Positions 14,001 through 27,200 of a stretch of 64,000 nt of DNA are shown in pieces. Below the pieces are notes generated by a model. It worked only from the letters and a program-made list of their open reading frames with translations, did not search any database and was not told the DNA's origin. Position numbers and translations under genes: made by a program. The stretch covers positions 77,438,001-77,502,000 of the forward strand of contig NC_092354.1 of assembly GCF_963676685.1 (NCBI RefSeq), written 5' to 3'. Within the stretch, counting starts at the first letter, position 1, and each line of letters begins with the position of its first letter. The DNA comes from Mytilus edulis (Eukaryota).

Positions 14001-15970
14001 TTTATTGATGTTTATGCTGCATTGTTGAACTTGATTTTTAGAACTGGAATAGTACCAGTATCTTGGGTAATTGGAACGATCAAGCCATTTTATAAAAAAC
14101 AAAGGCAATAAGTTTGATTCTAAAAACTATAGACCCATTACTATTGTAATTTGTATGGGTAAATTTTTTACAGCTATTTTAAGTAACAGACTTGCAAAGT
14201 TCTCTGACGAAGTTTTACTACTCAATGAAAATCAGTGTGGATTTAGAAATGGTTACTCAACTTGTGATTCTATCTTTACATTGCACTCTTTTTTTGAAAT
14301 TTTGAAATTAAAAAAGAAAAAAATGTTCTGTGCTTTTGTCGATTTTGAGAAAGCATTTGATACAGTGACTAGAGATGCTTTATGGTATAAGATGCTAGTA
14401 AATTATATTAATGGTTTTATGAATAAAATTATTCATAACATGTATGCTGATATAAAATCATGCTTGTCATACAAGGGTCAGAAATCTGATTATTTTCCAA
14501 GCAACATTGGTCTAGGCCAAGGAAAGAATTTATCCCCTTTTCTTTTTTCGCTTTATTTGAACGATTTGGAAGGTTTCTTTTGTAACAGAAGTTTGACAGG
14601 CTTAAAAACAATTTTAGATGCCATAGAAAACGAACTAGATATATATATTAAACTGTTTGCAATTCTTTACGCAGCCGATACTGTATCAATGGCTGAATCA
14701 GCCACAGAACTTAATTTGTTATTAGAAAAATTCGAATCATATTGTAATGTTTTGAAAAATGAAAGTCAATGTAGACAAGACTAAAATCATGATTTTTTGC
14801 CGTGGTAGACAACCTGTTAATCTTGAATTTAATTTTGGTAACTCTGATTTAGAAATTACCTTGGGATTTATTTTTCTAAAAATGACTCATTTTTAAAGCA
14901 AACAAGAATCATCTCGCAAAAAAAGCTACGAGAGCCATATATGAAGTTATCAAAAAGGGGAGAAAGCATGGCTTATCCATAAGCTGTCAATTATATTTAT
15001 TTGATAAATTGGTTAAACCTGTTTTACCCTACGGCTGTGAAATTTGGGGATTTGGAAATAATGATATATTAAAAAGGGTTCATTTGAAAATTTGTAAACT
15101 TCTTCTCCATCTTAAATCTTCTACCCCGAATTGTTTTATATATGGAGAATTATGACGTTATCCTATTAGGTTAGATATCTAGGTTCGCATGATTTCATAC
15201 TGGGTGAAATTGAGTTTTAGCAAACCCAGTAAATTATCAGCAATTGCATACAAATTAATGTTTAGTTTATCTCATGGAAATAATGTTGAACTTTAATGGA
15301 TGAAATGTATAGAATTTATCCTTAATGACACTGGTTTATTTTATGTATGGTTAACTCAAACTTGTATAAATGACATTTGGTTAAAGACTGTTGTAAGAAC
15401 ATCTCACCAAGATCAATTTAAACAAACATGGTACTCAGATATTCAAACGAGTTCTAAAACATTTTAGCCTTTTTAAGGATTTTTTCGGATTCGAAAAGTA
15501 TTTAGACATTTTTGAAAACCGTGATACTAATACATTATGTCAATTTAGACTCATTAACTTCAGATTACCTATAGAAAGTGGAAGATGGAAAAAAATTCAG
15601 CGAGATAAAAGAATATGCGAACTATGTAACTTTAAAGATCTTGGAGATGAAGTCCACTATGTAATGAAGTGAAAATGTATGGCTATAGAAAGACAAACGT
15701 ATGTTGCTAAAAAGAATATTGATTATCCAAACATAATTAAATTAAGGAAGTAATGAATATGACAAAACAACCATATTTAAAAAAGCTATGTACATTTCTT
15801 TGGCATATTAATTCATGTGTGTGTTCTCCTGGATAAATTTAACTTGTATTTGTAAATAGTGTACATATCATGTTTTCTCTAATTTATAACTGTGCTATGT
15901 ATTACATTTTACCTCTGTATACCATTGTATTGACGAAGGTTTGTCAGAATAAAAATATATATATATATAG
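11050..15970 (+). mobile_element. Decayed near-full-length non-LTR retrotransposon (CR1/L2 group): ORF1, AP endonuclease, reverse transcriptase
   Basis: ORF1 fragments (KNNLIFTGL...VHRFG...RPFVAR; VRDRLYINNELY). APE motifs (INCCGLK, CFVETK, VYIPP, NFNART). RT motifs (NYRPIT, QCGFR, AFVDFEKAFD, QGKNLSPFLF, LYAAD). C-terminal LPIESGRW...RICELC. AATAAA plus (TA)n tail. Many stops and frameshifts. The 5' boundary is approximate. Confidence 0.9.
12419..12462 (+). ncRNA. Intact minimal type-I hammerhead ribozyme in a repeat fragment (~12330-12497) between LINE ORF1 and ORF2
   Basis: GCGTCA-CTGATGA-GTCT(TATGT)AGAC-GAAA-C(GCGC)G-TC-TGACGT. Stem I is 6 bp and stem III is the palindrome ACGCGCGT. Predicted cleavage is after C12456. 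Confidence 0.9.
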
Positions 15971-17006
15971 TATGCATAGGTTTTTAATTGAGTTTCTAAT
16001 ATTTGCTTTAGGGCTTTTATGATAAGGCATTTTACGCAAACATGTTTCAAATGCCAAAAACATAGTCTGTTTTATATTTAGAGTAGGAACAGAACTTGCC
16101 TTGTGACCGGTCACCAACTACACGTGTAAAATGAAATGTATTCTTAAAGGATATAGTTTTAAGTTTCAAAGATGAATATAGTAAATATATTGCAATACTT
16201 TATCACAGATATTGTCGAAATTTGAAATTTAAATACTTGAAAAGAACATACAAATTGAGTTATCCATGTTCTAGACACAATAACAATGATTATCGCTATT
16301 TTACGAACTTTTCCCTAGATCTTGGTGACTGATAATTTCCTTTTTCAGCGGAGGAGAGAGTAATATGAAAATAATCGATAGAAACTAAGCGAACACGTGC
16401 CGTTGTCAATGAAATTAACAATGTCTTCAAAGGTCAAATTGCGATAAAAAGATTATCATGATCAAGCGAGAAAATCAATCTTGTTGAGATAACCAACGAT
16501 AATCTATATGTGTCGTTTCTCGCCGTATGATATTTTTATGATGACGTAAAATAACAATTGCTATCATAGATTTTATCATTAAAAATATTCTGTTCTTTAA
16601 CTTGTTATATGTCAGGGTATATTCCATATTTGTTATGTCTTTATTTTCCTTTCATCAAGCCAGAAAACTGTGGGTAGGCTACAACATAAGAGTATTTGAT
16701 ATTAATCATAACTCATACATCATTTATTTTTATATTGTTATGAAACAATCTCTTCTACGTCAATATATTTTACAAATTTGAAATCAATATATACTATAAG
16801 ATTCTATTTCAAAGTTTAAAAAAGAAACGTTATTTATTGAACTTAGTTTCAAATACGTCTGTTTGAAAAATTAACCTTGTTATTGTATTAATTCAAACAA
16901 AGGAATATTATCTTCATTTGAAAAACAAATCGGATATAAAATCGATAATATTATTCATCAAAAGTGACCTATATGTATATGAACTCCCATGTTAACAATT
17001 ACTTAC

Positions 17007-20000
17007 GTTGCTCGCATTCACATCTCCGACAATGTGGTTCGTCATATTTTATACACGATGGTTCACAGTCGTGAGGCATTGGTGGACAATTGGCTGAAAA
17101 GTTTATACACAACTTATTTTATTGCGACTTCTAATTTACACGTGCAGTAAGAGTGTATTTCACAGTGTGTTCGAATATTTAATAAAGCACTACTTCTAAA
17201 ATTGCCTATACGACAGTTTATTTCCTTCTGTTTTGTTGGCTGATAGCGTTTGATTTTGACTGTTTAATGGACTTCCCTTGTTTGTTATATATTTGTATAA
17301 ATATTATCGTTGTGATAGCTTACATATATGTTTTTCGGGACACTAATACAAGTGATCTGAGAATGATTTTGCTACTTATATAATTTATAAGCGTACAAAC
17401 CTTGATGATGACATGTTGAAAATGGACGTAAATATATTAAAAAATCATATGGTTATTTTACAGTTAGAGTATAAATGTATAAACAATCATCCGAATAAGT
17501 TAAAAGTTATATTATATCAACCAAAGGAACGACTGGATTTCAAATATCATTTCCTGACATAGTACCGGCATTTTACGAGTAAAATGGCGGTTGAAACCTA
17601 GCACATTGTTGTTGTTTTTTTAATCCAACTCATATCGCATTTCTTTTTCTTTCAATTTAAAATGAGTGATATATCATATGCTTCATGTTATAATGTGTTT
17701 TTGTTACAGCTCATGTCTTTGAGTGATTCCCGTTTGAATGGTTTTACACTAGTAATTTTGGGGCCCTTTATAGCTTGTTGTTCGGTGTGAGCTAAGGCTC
17801 CGTGTTGAAGGCCGTACTTTAACCTATAATGGTTTACTTTTTAAATTGTTATTTGTATGGAGAGTTGTCTCATTGGCACTCACACCACATCTTCCTATAT
17901 CTATATATGTATATATATATCAACATCCCAAAGAATTCATAAAATATTGTATTGCCACAATGATACCTGAATTCATTCTTCCCGTAGATCCACCACCCAT
18001 CATCGCTGCACCTCCGCCAGAGAATGATCCACCCGAGTGGGATCCACCTCCTCCAGAAGATGACCCTCTGCCACCAGAATATGAGCTACTACCACCTGAA
18101 TATGAGCCACCGCCACCACTGGTATATCCTCTTCCTCCAGTTGTTCCACCATTGGATACAAGATGTCCGATAATGACTGAATAAAATATAGTGTTTGTCT
18201 CTACACATAAGTTACATGTATTAAAGTTAACCATACAATTACCAAATTTCAAGCAAATGAAAGCATGTAGATAAAAATTAATCCGAATTTATTCAGAATG
18301 TGCTTATTCGGGAAACATATATTGTGTTAATAATATTTAAAGATATCTTTCAAATAATTTGAATTGTTTATAACATTTCTGCAATTGAATTTGAGACAGA
18401 ATACTTTTTGATTTGTAGTGAACACTGAACCAATTACAAGTTTCCAGCAGACAAATAAAAGTAAAACTAATTTCGTTTGTTCCCATACCTTTTTTTCTAA
18501 TCTTACACACATGATTCAAATCAAATCGAGTTAGATGTACTTACAACTCTTTTGTGGTTGTTTTTCTCCACAATTATTACAAGTTGTTTGTGACTGTGTA
18601 AAGTAAACTTTCTGCGGCTGAGGCTTTGGTTTAGTAATGTAAACGATTTGTTGTTGTGGCTTTGGTCTGTTGTACACATTTTGTGGTTTTGTTTCACATC
18701 CATGACATGTTTCTGTTTGAGTCTGTGTAACATAGACCACTTTTTGTGGTTGTGGTTTCTGTATGTACACGACTTGTGGCTTTGGTTTCTGATATACAAC
18801 CTTGGTACCACAATTTGTACATTCTGTCTGTGGTTGTGGTTTTTGCACGTATACGACTTGTTGTTGAGGTTTTTGAAATACAACTTGGGTACCACAATTT
18901 GAACATTCGGTTTGCAGTTGTGGTTTCTGAACGTAGACGACTTGTTGTTGAGGTTTCTGATATACTACCTGGGTACCGCAATCAGTACATTCTGTATGAG
19001 GTTGGACGACAACATACTGTTTCTGTGGTCTGACATAGTGTTGTTTAAATCTGTCTATATCATCACAGTCGACGCAATCTAGAAAACAGAAGATGTAAGT
19101 AACAATCTAGAAGATACAAGATGTTAAAACATATTCTAGAACGTAAGATGTAGGACACATTCTAGAAAATATAAAATGTTAGACACTTTCTAGAAAGTAT
19201 AAGATTTCAAACACATAATAGAAAATAAAAGATGTAAGAAACATTTTTGAAAAAAACTAGATGGTACACACATTCTAGAAAATACAAGATGTTAGACACA
19301 TTCTAGAAAATACCAGATGTTAGACCCATTCTAGAATATACAAGATGTTGGACACATTTAAGAAAGTACAATATTTTAGACACATTCTAAAAAATACAAG
19401 ATGTTAGACACATACTATAAAGAATAAGACGTAAGACATTTTTTGGAAATTACAAGATGTCAGAAACATTTTAGAAAATACAAGATGTTAGAAACATTCT
19501 AGAGAAAAAATAGATGTTTAAACACATTCTAGAAAGTACAAGATGTTAGACACAGTCTACAATATACAAGATGTTAGACACATTTTTAGTAAATACAAGA
19601 TTTTAGAAACATTCTAGAAAATACAAGATGTTGGACACATTTTAGAAAGTACAAGATTTCAGACGCATTCTAAAAAATACAAGATGTTAGAAACATACTA
19701 TAAAGTATAAGACGTAAGACACTTTCTATTAAATACAAGATGTTAGATTCATTTTAAAAAATACAAGATGTTAGAAACATTCTAGAGAAAAAATAGATGT
19801 TTAGACACATTCTAGAAAGTACAAGATGTTAGACACAGTCTACAATATACAAGATGTAAGAGACATTTTTAGAAAATACAAGATGTTAGAAACATTCTAG
19901 AAAATACAAGATGTTGGACACATTTTAGAAAGTACAAGATGTTAGACACAGTCTAAAATATACAAGAAGTTAGACACATTTTTAGAAAATACAAGATGTA

Positions 20001-23000
20001 AGAAACATTCTAGAAAATACAAGATGTTGGACACATTTTAGAAAGTACAAGATTTCAGACGCATTCTAGAAAATACAAGAAGTTAGAAACATACTATAAA
20101 GTATAAGACGTAAGACACTTTCTATTAAATACAAGATGTTAGACTCATTTTAGAAAATACAATATGTTAGACACAATCTAGAATATACAAGATGTTAGAC
20201 ACTTTATAGAAAGTACAAGATGTAAGACACACTTTAGAATGAGCAAGATGTTAGACACATTCTAGAATGTACAATATGTTAGACACAATCTATAATATAC
20301 AAGATGTTAGACACTTTATAGAAAATACAAGATAATAGACACATTTTAGAATATACAAGATGTTAGAGGTGTAAATCATGGTATATCACATCCGGTTGTA
20401 TACGAAAGTGGGTCTAAAAAATATTCCCTTGAATTTGACAGTTGTAGAAAATTAACCCCGCATTCCAATGCACTTAAAGAGGTAGGGACAATTTGTCGGC
20501 AATTTGTTTCATTCGATAAGATAGGTAAATAATGTTTTAAATAGCCCGATAGATGCTATTTATAGTACATAAAAATACGTCACATCATTTATTTTCATAC
20601 CTTGAACAGGTATTCCTACAAAAACAAGGCCATGACTATTGATTTTTTAATATTGATTTTATTTTATTATTAACATCCTTTATGAAAGGTGCCATACCAT
20701 GTAACTTCTCAAGGAGCCAAATGATATCGAACTAATTCAAATCGTGATTTTCTCATTCTGAATATGTATATCTGTTACACAGTATTTGTCCTGGTCTTTT
20801 AAGGTTTTATCGTCTATAAGATTAGACAAGAAAATACATGTGCATGTATATATTTTAACCGCAGAACATCTTACATCAGTTGGTCATAGATCACCCTGTG
20901 TTACTACTTCGTGTTGTATTGCCTTTTCTGTAATTTTAACAAATCGGCCCTTCGTTGTGATACAGATGCAACAGCTTCTTGATGTTTTACCTACAATCAC
21001 GATTTGTAGTGTAATTGATTTGTTCTGTTATGTTTTTTTATTTTTCTGATGAGTTATGTACCCGTGTATAGACGGTGGTAAAAATTTCAGTACTAGTATC
21101 TTTACAGTTTGTGATTTGGCGACAAAATTGTTGTTGACTGCATTTGTTAAATATAATACCATGTTCAAAAAAGGTTTCGACGAAATGTGTTTTGTTGTTA
21201 TGAAAATTGTATACAATGGCCTTATTTTAAGTTATGTGTATATTACACCCGCAACATGTAGGCTTAATTTCTATAGAATTAATTCTCGTGTTATTGGTTA
21301 TGTACAGGCACCTACATCAGTTTGACGGCAGTTGTCCCTTGGATATATGTAATAACGTAAACACATGAATAGAAAGTAATTCAAGAGTATGGACAGTCAT
21401 AGGATTGCACACAATAAGCGATACATTATTTTTTCTTTGATACACGTAAAATTATTTACTAGTACACTAACTGAATAGTCAAAATGAACCAAAATGACTC
21501 TATGAATCAAGCAAACAACCGAAAAAATATGATAGAAACTTTAAAATTTAATATAACAACACAAAAAAATGCAAAAGTTCTGAGCGAGGTTCGAACCCTT
21601 TCTTCAAAACCGTCATTTATTAGTAGTTCTGTGCTCTACTGGTGAAGCTACGGAGATTCTTATCATTATGACTCTCATTTAGAAACTATATTGGTACAAT
21701 TTATCGATGTTACAATTTTTTCTTTAAAAAGTTGTTTTTTATGTAATAAGAACACACTAAACCAATTTCATTTTTGAAGTAAAAAGTAGTATGAATAACA
21801 ACAGTCATAAAAAGCATAACTTTTCTTTGGTTTGAAATGTCCTTCTTTGGGGATTCCCTGTTTTTTCCACATAAAAACACCCGAAAATCCGGATATTGGA
21901 CTTTCATCCTTTTTTAGGGTTAAATTAACTATTGATCACACATATCATACTATATGTAAATCGAGATATTGATCAAAAAGCATTTTTATTTTTGGTTTTT
22001 ATAGGAAATTTTACTCTCTTGGCACTTTTTGAAATTGGCCCTTCTGTGAAAAAAATCCTCGGCATATTGGCCCTACCTCTTTTTCTGAGTCATAAACATG
22101 TATGTTGGGTGTCTGAAAGCATCATTCTTTTTTATTTGATGGTGGAAAGTTAAGGTTTCATAGTTACCAAAGCAGCTAACCAGTAAATACCAGTGTAAAA
22201 TTTGGGTTGTTTACTTCCGGTGATGGTTACTTTCTTATATGCAATGAAATGTAGTGTAAAATTTACACTGTAGCACTTGAAAGGGTTAAACTTTATTCAT
22301 GCAAAGTATTCCTTTGGTTGAAATAAAGGTAAACCCTGTACATTTTTTTGAAATGACAATTTAACAAAGACTAATAGGGGAAAATTAATGGTGGAATTAC
22401 ACCTAGACACATTCTAGAATATACAATATGTTAGACACAATCTAGAATATTCAAGATGATAGACACATTCAAGAATATACACGATTTTAGACACATTCTA
22501 GAATATACAGGATGTTATACATGTTCTAGAATATACAAGATGTAACACATTCTAGAAAAAAAACAAGATGTTACGCAAATTCTAGTAGATACAAGATAAT
22601 AGACAGATTCTAGAAAATGCCAGATGTTATGGACATTTAAGAGAGTACGAGATATTAAGGGACATTCGAAAATGGCATAAATACCAGTACCTTGTGTTGC
22701 CTATATGTTTACATGCAATATATTTCATATCTATATTGCCCAATGATAAGACGACGCTTACATATTCTGTACAACTGAGGATGGAAAGCTATAAGCCTTT
22801 GCCTTTTCCTGTTTTTTTTAATATGGGATTGTTCAAAATGTTTAGGATTCTTAGAAAACAAGTTTAATTTCGTATCAACATCTCATTTTTATAACTGTAG
22901 TGAATTTTGATTAACAAAATACTAATTTTGTATATCTCTGTGTTATAACCTAAATATAGAGAGTGATTAAACATTCACATTTCTACCTGTGCTAACAATC

Positions 23001-26000
23001 TGAGTCTGGACAAAACTGCACAGCAATACGACAAGTGACTGTAAATTTACAATGTGTTACATGTACCTGTGTTAACTAAATGGGTTTGAACAGCAATAAG
23101 ACATTCACAGGTGGGACAACCGTCTGTACCACATTTATATCCAAGTTGACAAGTTCTGGGACAAGAGAAGGAACTAGTACACTGTACTGCTTGTGGTCTG
23201 TTTACCTCTGTTACTTGAAGTCCTACAACTAATAAAACAGATAAGTGTTTATAATTCGACAGAAGTACCGCGTGTTCGATGGATTCGGTTTAATATCGTC
23301 TTATCTTCTCAGTCTTGACCATTAAATGACAATGTGATATTTATAAATTAACAAATTGAAAGAAACAATTGATTTAAAGAATTATATAACAGTTCTGTAT
23401 TTGTCAATGTTCACAGTAGTGGAATGTTAAAATTAAAGATTGTCATTCTTAAAAACTCTCTTGTATACAAAATATGACATAAAACTATAAGCAACTCCCT
23501 CTATAAATATGATTCTTATTTACCATATGCAATATGTTTTATATTCGCCCTTGCAAACCAATAATTCGTTCTCTAATTATTACCTTGCGGATGAATACAT
23601 TCACAGATTGGGCAGCCATCGGTTCCACACTTGTATCCGACATTACACCCGTATTGACAGTTGAATGAACTGGTACATGTAAATGTATTGACGACTGGTT
23701 TATATGTTTGTACTTGAGTTGTGTATACATACTGTTTCTTTGGAGGTTGGACAACTTGTGGCTGAACTGAAAAATGTAAAAAAGCAATTAAATTCAAAAT
23801 GCACATTGAATCGATTTGCATTTGGTAACACCAGGTTTAATAAACTACAATGTCGTATAGCTTTTGATTTTGGCGAAGGTTTATGCCATTCTTTAGTTTA
23901 GACACTTAATTGAAAATGATTGAACCATTAGGCTTTTATGTCTTTCAATACAGCATAACATTTGTAATTTGTAACAGATTAATGGCAACCTATAGTTTTC
24001 AACATTTAATTCATTTACATACACGTTCTTCGGTTGCAGGCGTATACAGTCGGCATTGGCAACGATTATACTTGTGAATCTATTTATATATAATCCTTTG
24101 GAAAACTATTTTGCTTTATTTGTCTTTCGACAATCATTTTATACAATGTTGTTGATTTTCTTTTATCATTTCTGTATAGTGTTCACTTGGTATTTCAAAG
24201 CGTTGTTTCATATAATTTCCCAATAAACGTTGTATTATATGTTACATATTACCATAAACATATTGTTTCTTAGGAGGACAAAAACATTCTCGGCATCCAT
24301 CAGTTTGAACTGCACCCAACTGGTACCCGGTGTCACATGATTGTATACATAGTTTCAGTGCAGTACATTCCCTCTGTTTCTGTACGACATATTTCACCTG
24401 GTTTGTTGAGACCTGATGATTATTAGTGTGAGTTGACGTAGAACCGCCTGTACCCCCACCAGTATATCCTCCTCCGGATCCTGTATATCCTCCTCCTAAA
24501 AAACTTGGACCACCACCGGAACCTCCACTACCTGTATATCCACCAGAGTTACCACTTCCATATCCATATCCTTAAATGAGGAGAAAATGATGATTGGTAA
24601 TGGAGAACACCTACCCAAAAATAATGAATAACAAACTATTGACCTATCTGCTCCTTTTTGAAGCCGGTTATTAAAAACGATTGTACTTTCTGAAGTCGAT
24701 AGCATACGCTTATATGTAACTATGATCTATACTGGAAGTAGAGTTAACAACAGGACAAGCTCATATGCGTATTGTTCTCTTCACTAGTTCATATAAATCA
24801 ACCGTTAATGGAACAAACGAATTGATTTGTTCACCATTTTTACGTGATGTTTTTAGGTGACGAATATATTGTTTATGTTACTTTGAAATAATAAGATTTG
24901 GTCAACATGACACACCATACTTTTTTTACCTGACCCGGATTCACAAGTACACGAACGGCATCCATCATGTCCAACCGGTCCTAAAGTGTAGGAATTTTTA
25001 CATGATGACATACATAATATTTGTCCTAAACATTGCTTTTCTCCACTTCCGTTTCCGGTTGTTGAACTGCCTGTATGATAGTTTCCTGTTGTTGACGACA
25101 TGATAGATGACATCATATTATTTTTGGGTAACGCCATTCCTGCAGCTTTTTAAAAAAGAACAGAAAAATATCAATTTCGTTTACTAAATGATAACAGTTC
25201 TTTGTGATAATTAAGTTATACAATAACTCATACAATATGTTTTGTATTAGAACAATGTCTGTTTCATATGTCATCGATACACACTAAATGAGAGAAAGAT
25301 GAATAGAGCAGGATTATTATTTTCAACAGATGAAATCTATTTTGTGATATTATATATAGTATCTGTTAAAAAAGATTGAACATCGTATCTTATAGTTGTA
25401 AGACATGTCTTTATTTTGTAATGGTGGGAAAAGGCATGATTGTAGATTGCATTCATACTTTTTATTCTAGAAGATTCAAGAGAGTTCAGAAAATAACTAA
25501 TTGTGCTTTCTATCTGATATTACATATACAAATGAACAATTTCGGAGTGATCGTCATAAATCGAAATAAATCAGAGCTGAATAAAAATAACAAATACATG
25601 GAAAACATATTTTTTTAAGTTAAATCAATATTAATTCGTACACACTCCAAAATATAATAACATACCAGGACCACACGGACAGGAGTGACATCCCATTTCA
25701 TCAACGATTAAGCACCATCGTGGGCACACAATTTGATGACGTACACAACCAAAACTTGATCCACTGAACATTGATGTGTGACCTGGAGAATGTGGTCCTG
25801 ACATAGCCGGATTATTAGAACGTCCACCTCCAGTCATAGGTCCTTGCATTGGACTGCCACCTCCGCCACCAATCATACTTCCCATTCCTGGACTAGACAT
25901 TTGACCATGATTGAAAGGTCCTCCCATTGGGCTAGATCCTCCATGACTTCCTCCGGGCCCACTAGGCATGCCCATTGAACTTGATCCTCCAAAACCGCCG

Positions 26001-26873
26001 CCGGCTCCACTAGGCATTCCCATCGGCATATTAAATCTTTTACTAGCTTTTGATCTAACTCGCACAGGTCTTTGTTTCTGTGAAGTTTCTTTTGAAAAAC
26101 ATACTGAAAAGCATAAGGTACATGTATATAGGATATATGGAATTATAAGAAGTTCAAATATATTTTTGTCACTGTTTCTCACGTTTCAGATAAACATAAC
26201 AATAAATTATAATCGTAATAGACCTCTAATGGCTTAAAGACAACATTTTTTTACATAAATATGCATATCAAAACCATGTTGTAAAAATACTAAGGACAGG
26301 TCGATTAAATAATATTTCTGAATACTAAACGCTGCAAGTGCTTTCAGTGTATTGTTAAACAATATTTTTTTCTTTCATATTGGCTCCTCGATCACAATCC
26401 ATATCGGCATAAAATGTATTTGTTCACAAGTTGAATTGCCCCAAAAAAAACATTTTAATATACTTTCATATTGAAGTAAGACATATGCTGCTGTCTGTGC
26501 TATGGTCGGGTAGTAGTCTCTTTGAAACATTCCAAATTTTCATTCTCAATTTTATTTAAAAGAATGATTTAGAAGAAAGTAAATTTATTTTGAATATTTT
26601 TTATGAAGTTCCATTAATTCTATCAATCTATACTTCCCTTTTCCTTTTAAAACTTGGAAGTTCAGATTTCTTTATCTTTTGATAAATTAATTCACATACT
26701 TTTTGTTATATTCTCAATGTTTCATATATATATATATGATGATAATAAAAAACATACATTGTAGTTACATTCCTTTCTTTGTGAAAATTGAAAGCAACAC
26801 GATACTGTTATATAAATGGTACGAACTTACCCGAAAATGCTATACAGAATAAAAACAATCTGTATAGAGACAT
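17007..26873 (-). CDS. Secreted multi-antistasin-like, Gly-rich low-complexity protein (~730 aa); exons 26873-26831, 26103-25666, 25139-24930, 24570-24253, 23766-23584, 23222-23067, 19078-18545, 18176-17967, 17093-17007; last exon unresolved (candidate ~16142-16106)
   Basis: Signal peptide MSLYRLFLFCIAFSVCFS. All introns are GT-AG phase 1 and the joined frame is open. Six C..C...C..(G)CxxCxC modules (e.g. CTSSFNCQYGCNVGYKCGTDGCPICEC), GM/GS/GY-rich tracts, and TECxxCGTxVVYQKPQ repeats. Confidence 0.85.
17730..17910 (+). mobile_element. Abundant short interspersed repeat (representative copy; relatives at ~1375, 2515, 29330, 37300, 38630, 39540, 47935, 54890, 62520, 63280)
   Basis: Shared core ...ttgaaggccgtac...acctata...ggagagttgtctcattggca..ataccacatcttc occurs on both strands at these sites. 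Confidence 0.8.
19079..20366. repeat. 28-bp minisatellite (consensus TTCTAGAAAATACAAGATGTTAGACACA), about 46 units
   Basis: Period 28 is directly visible (19273, 19301, ...). The array abuts the exon-7 acceptor of the antistasin-like gene. Confidence 0.95.
20367..22404. mobile_element. ~2-kb non-coding insertion splitting the minisatellite, with short TIRs AGGTGTAA/TTACACCT
   Basis: A repeat unit is broken at gatgttag|acacattc. An apparent AG duplication flanks the insert. A tRNA-like A/B-box segment lies at ~21578-21655 on the minus strand. Confidence 0.65.
22405..22670. repeat. Continuation of the 28-bp minisatellite (about 9 degenerate units)
   Basis: Same unit as 19079-20366. Confidence 0.9.
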
Positions 26874-27150
26874 AATAATAAAAATATTCCAAAATTATGA
26901 TAAAACTCGTAAAGGTAGAAAAAAGAAAAAAAAACAGATTTTCAAACAAATAATTTCGTTTGCGCTGTAGTGGTCATATCTAAATAACATTGATAATATA
27001 TGATAGCAGTTTACTTCGTCATAAAGGGAGATAACAACGTGTCTAACAAAGCAGATACGACAGTCGGAAGATAGTGAGGTTGTGGCTAATAGGAAATACA
27101 CTGAAGCAGGTGTTCTGATCTTTGTGGGGGATAGTTCTAAATATAAAGAA

Positions 27151-27151
<1 letters not shown>

Positions 27152-27194
<43 letters not shown>

Positions 27195-27200
27195 GAGAGA
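27152..27200. repeat. (GA)n microsatellite upstream of the antistasin-like gene start
   Basis: agagagagag... run. Confidence 0.9.

Noticed and set aside
11601-14784. Functional LINE ORFs or a domesticated gene
   Set aside because: Multiple frameshifts and stops, and a mutated catalytic YADD (YAAD).
17846-18184. Pro-rich + strand ORF (PPPEYE repeats)
   Set aside because: Antisense shadow of the Gly-rich exon; its start lies in an interspersed repeat.
18521-19033. Several overlapping ORFs in other frames and strands
   Set aside because: By-products of the repetitive exon; only the QKPQ frame fits the splice phases.
19079-20366. CRISPR-like appearance of 28-bp repeats
   Set aside because: Units are contiguous with no unique spacers, the context is a eukaryotic intron, and there are no cas genes.
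21578-21655. Possible tRNA gene
   Set aside because: A/B-box-like motifs only; no convincing cloverleaf or acceptor stem.
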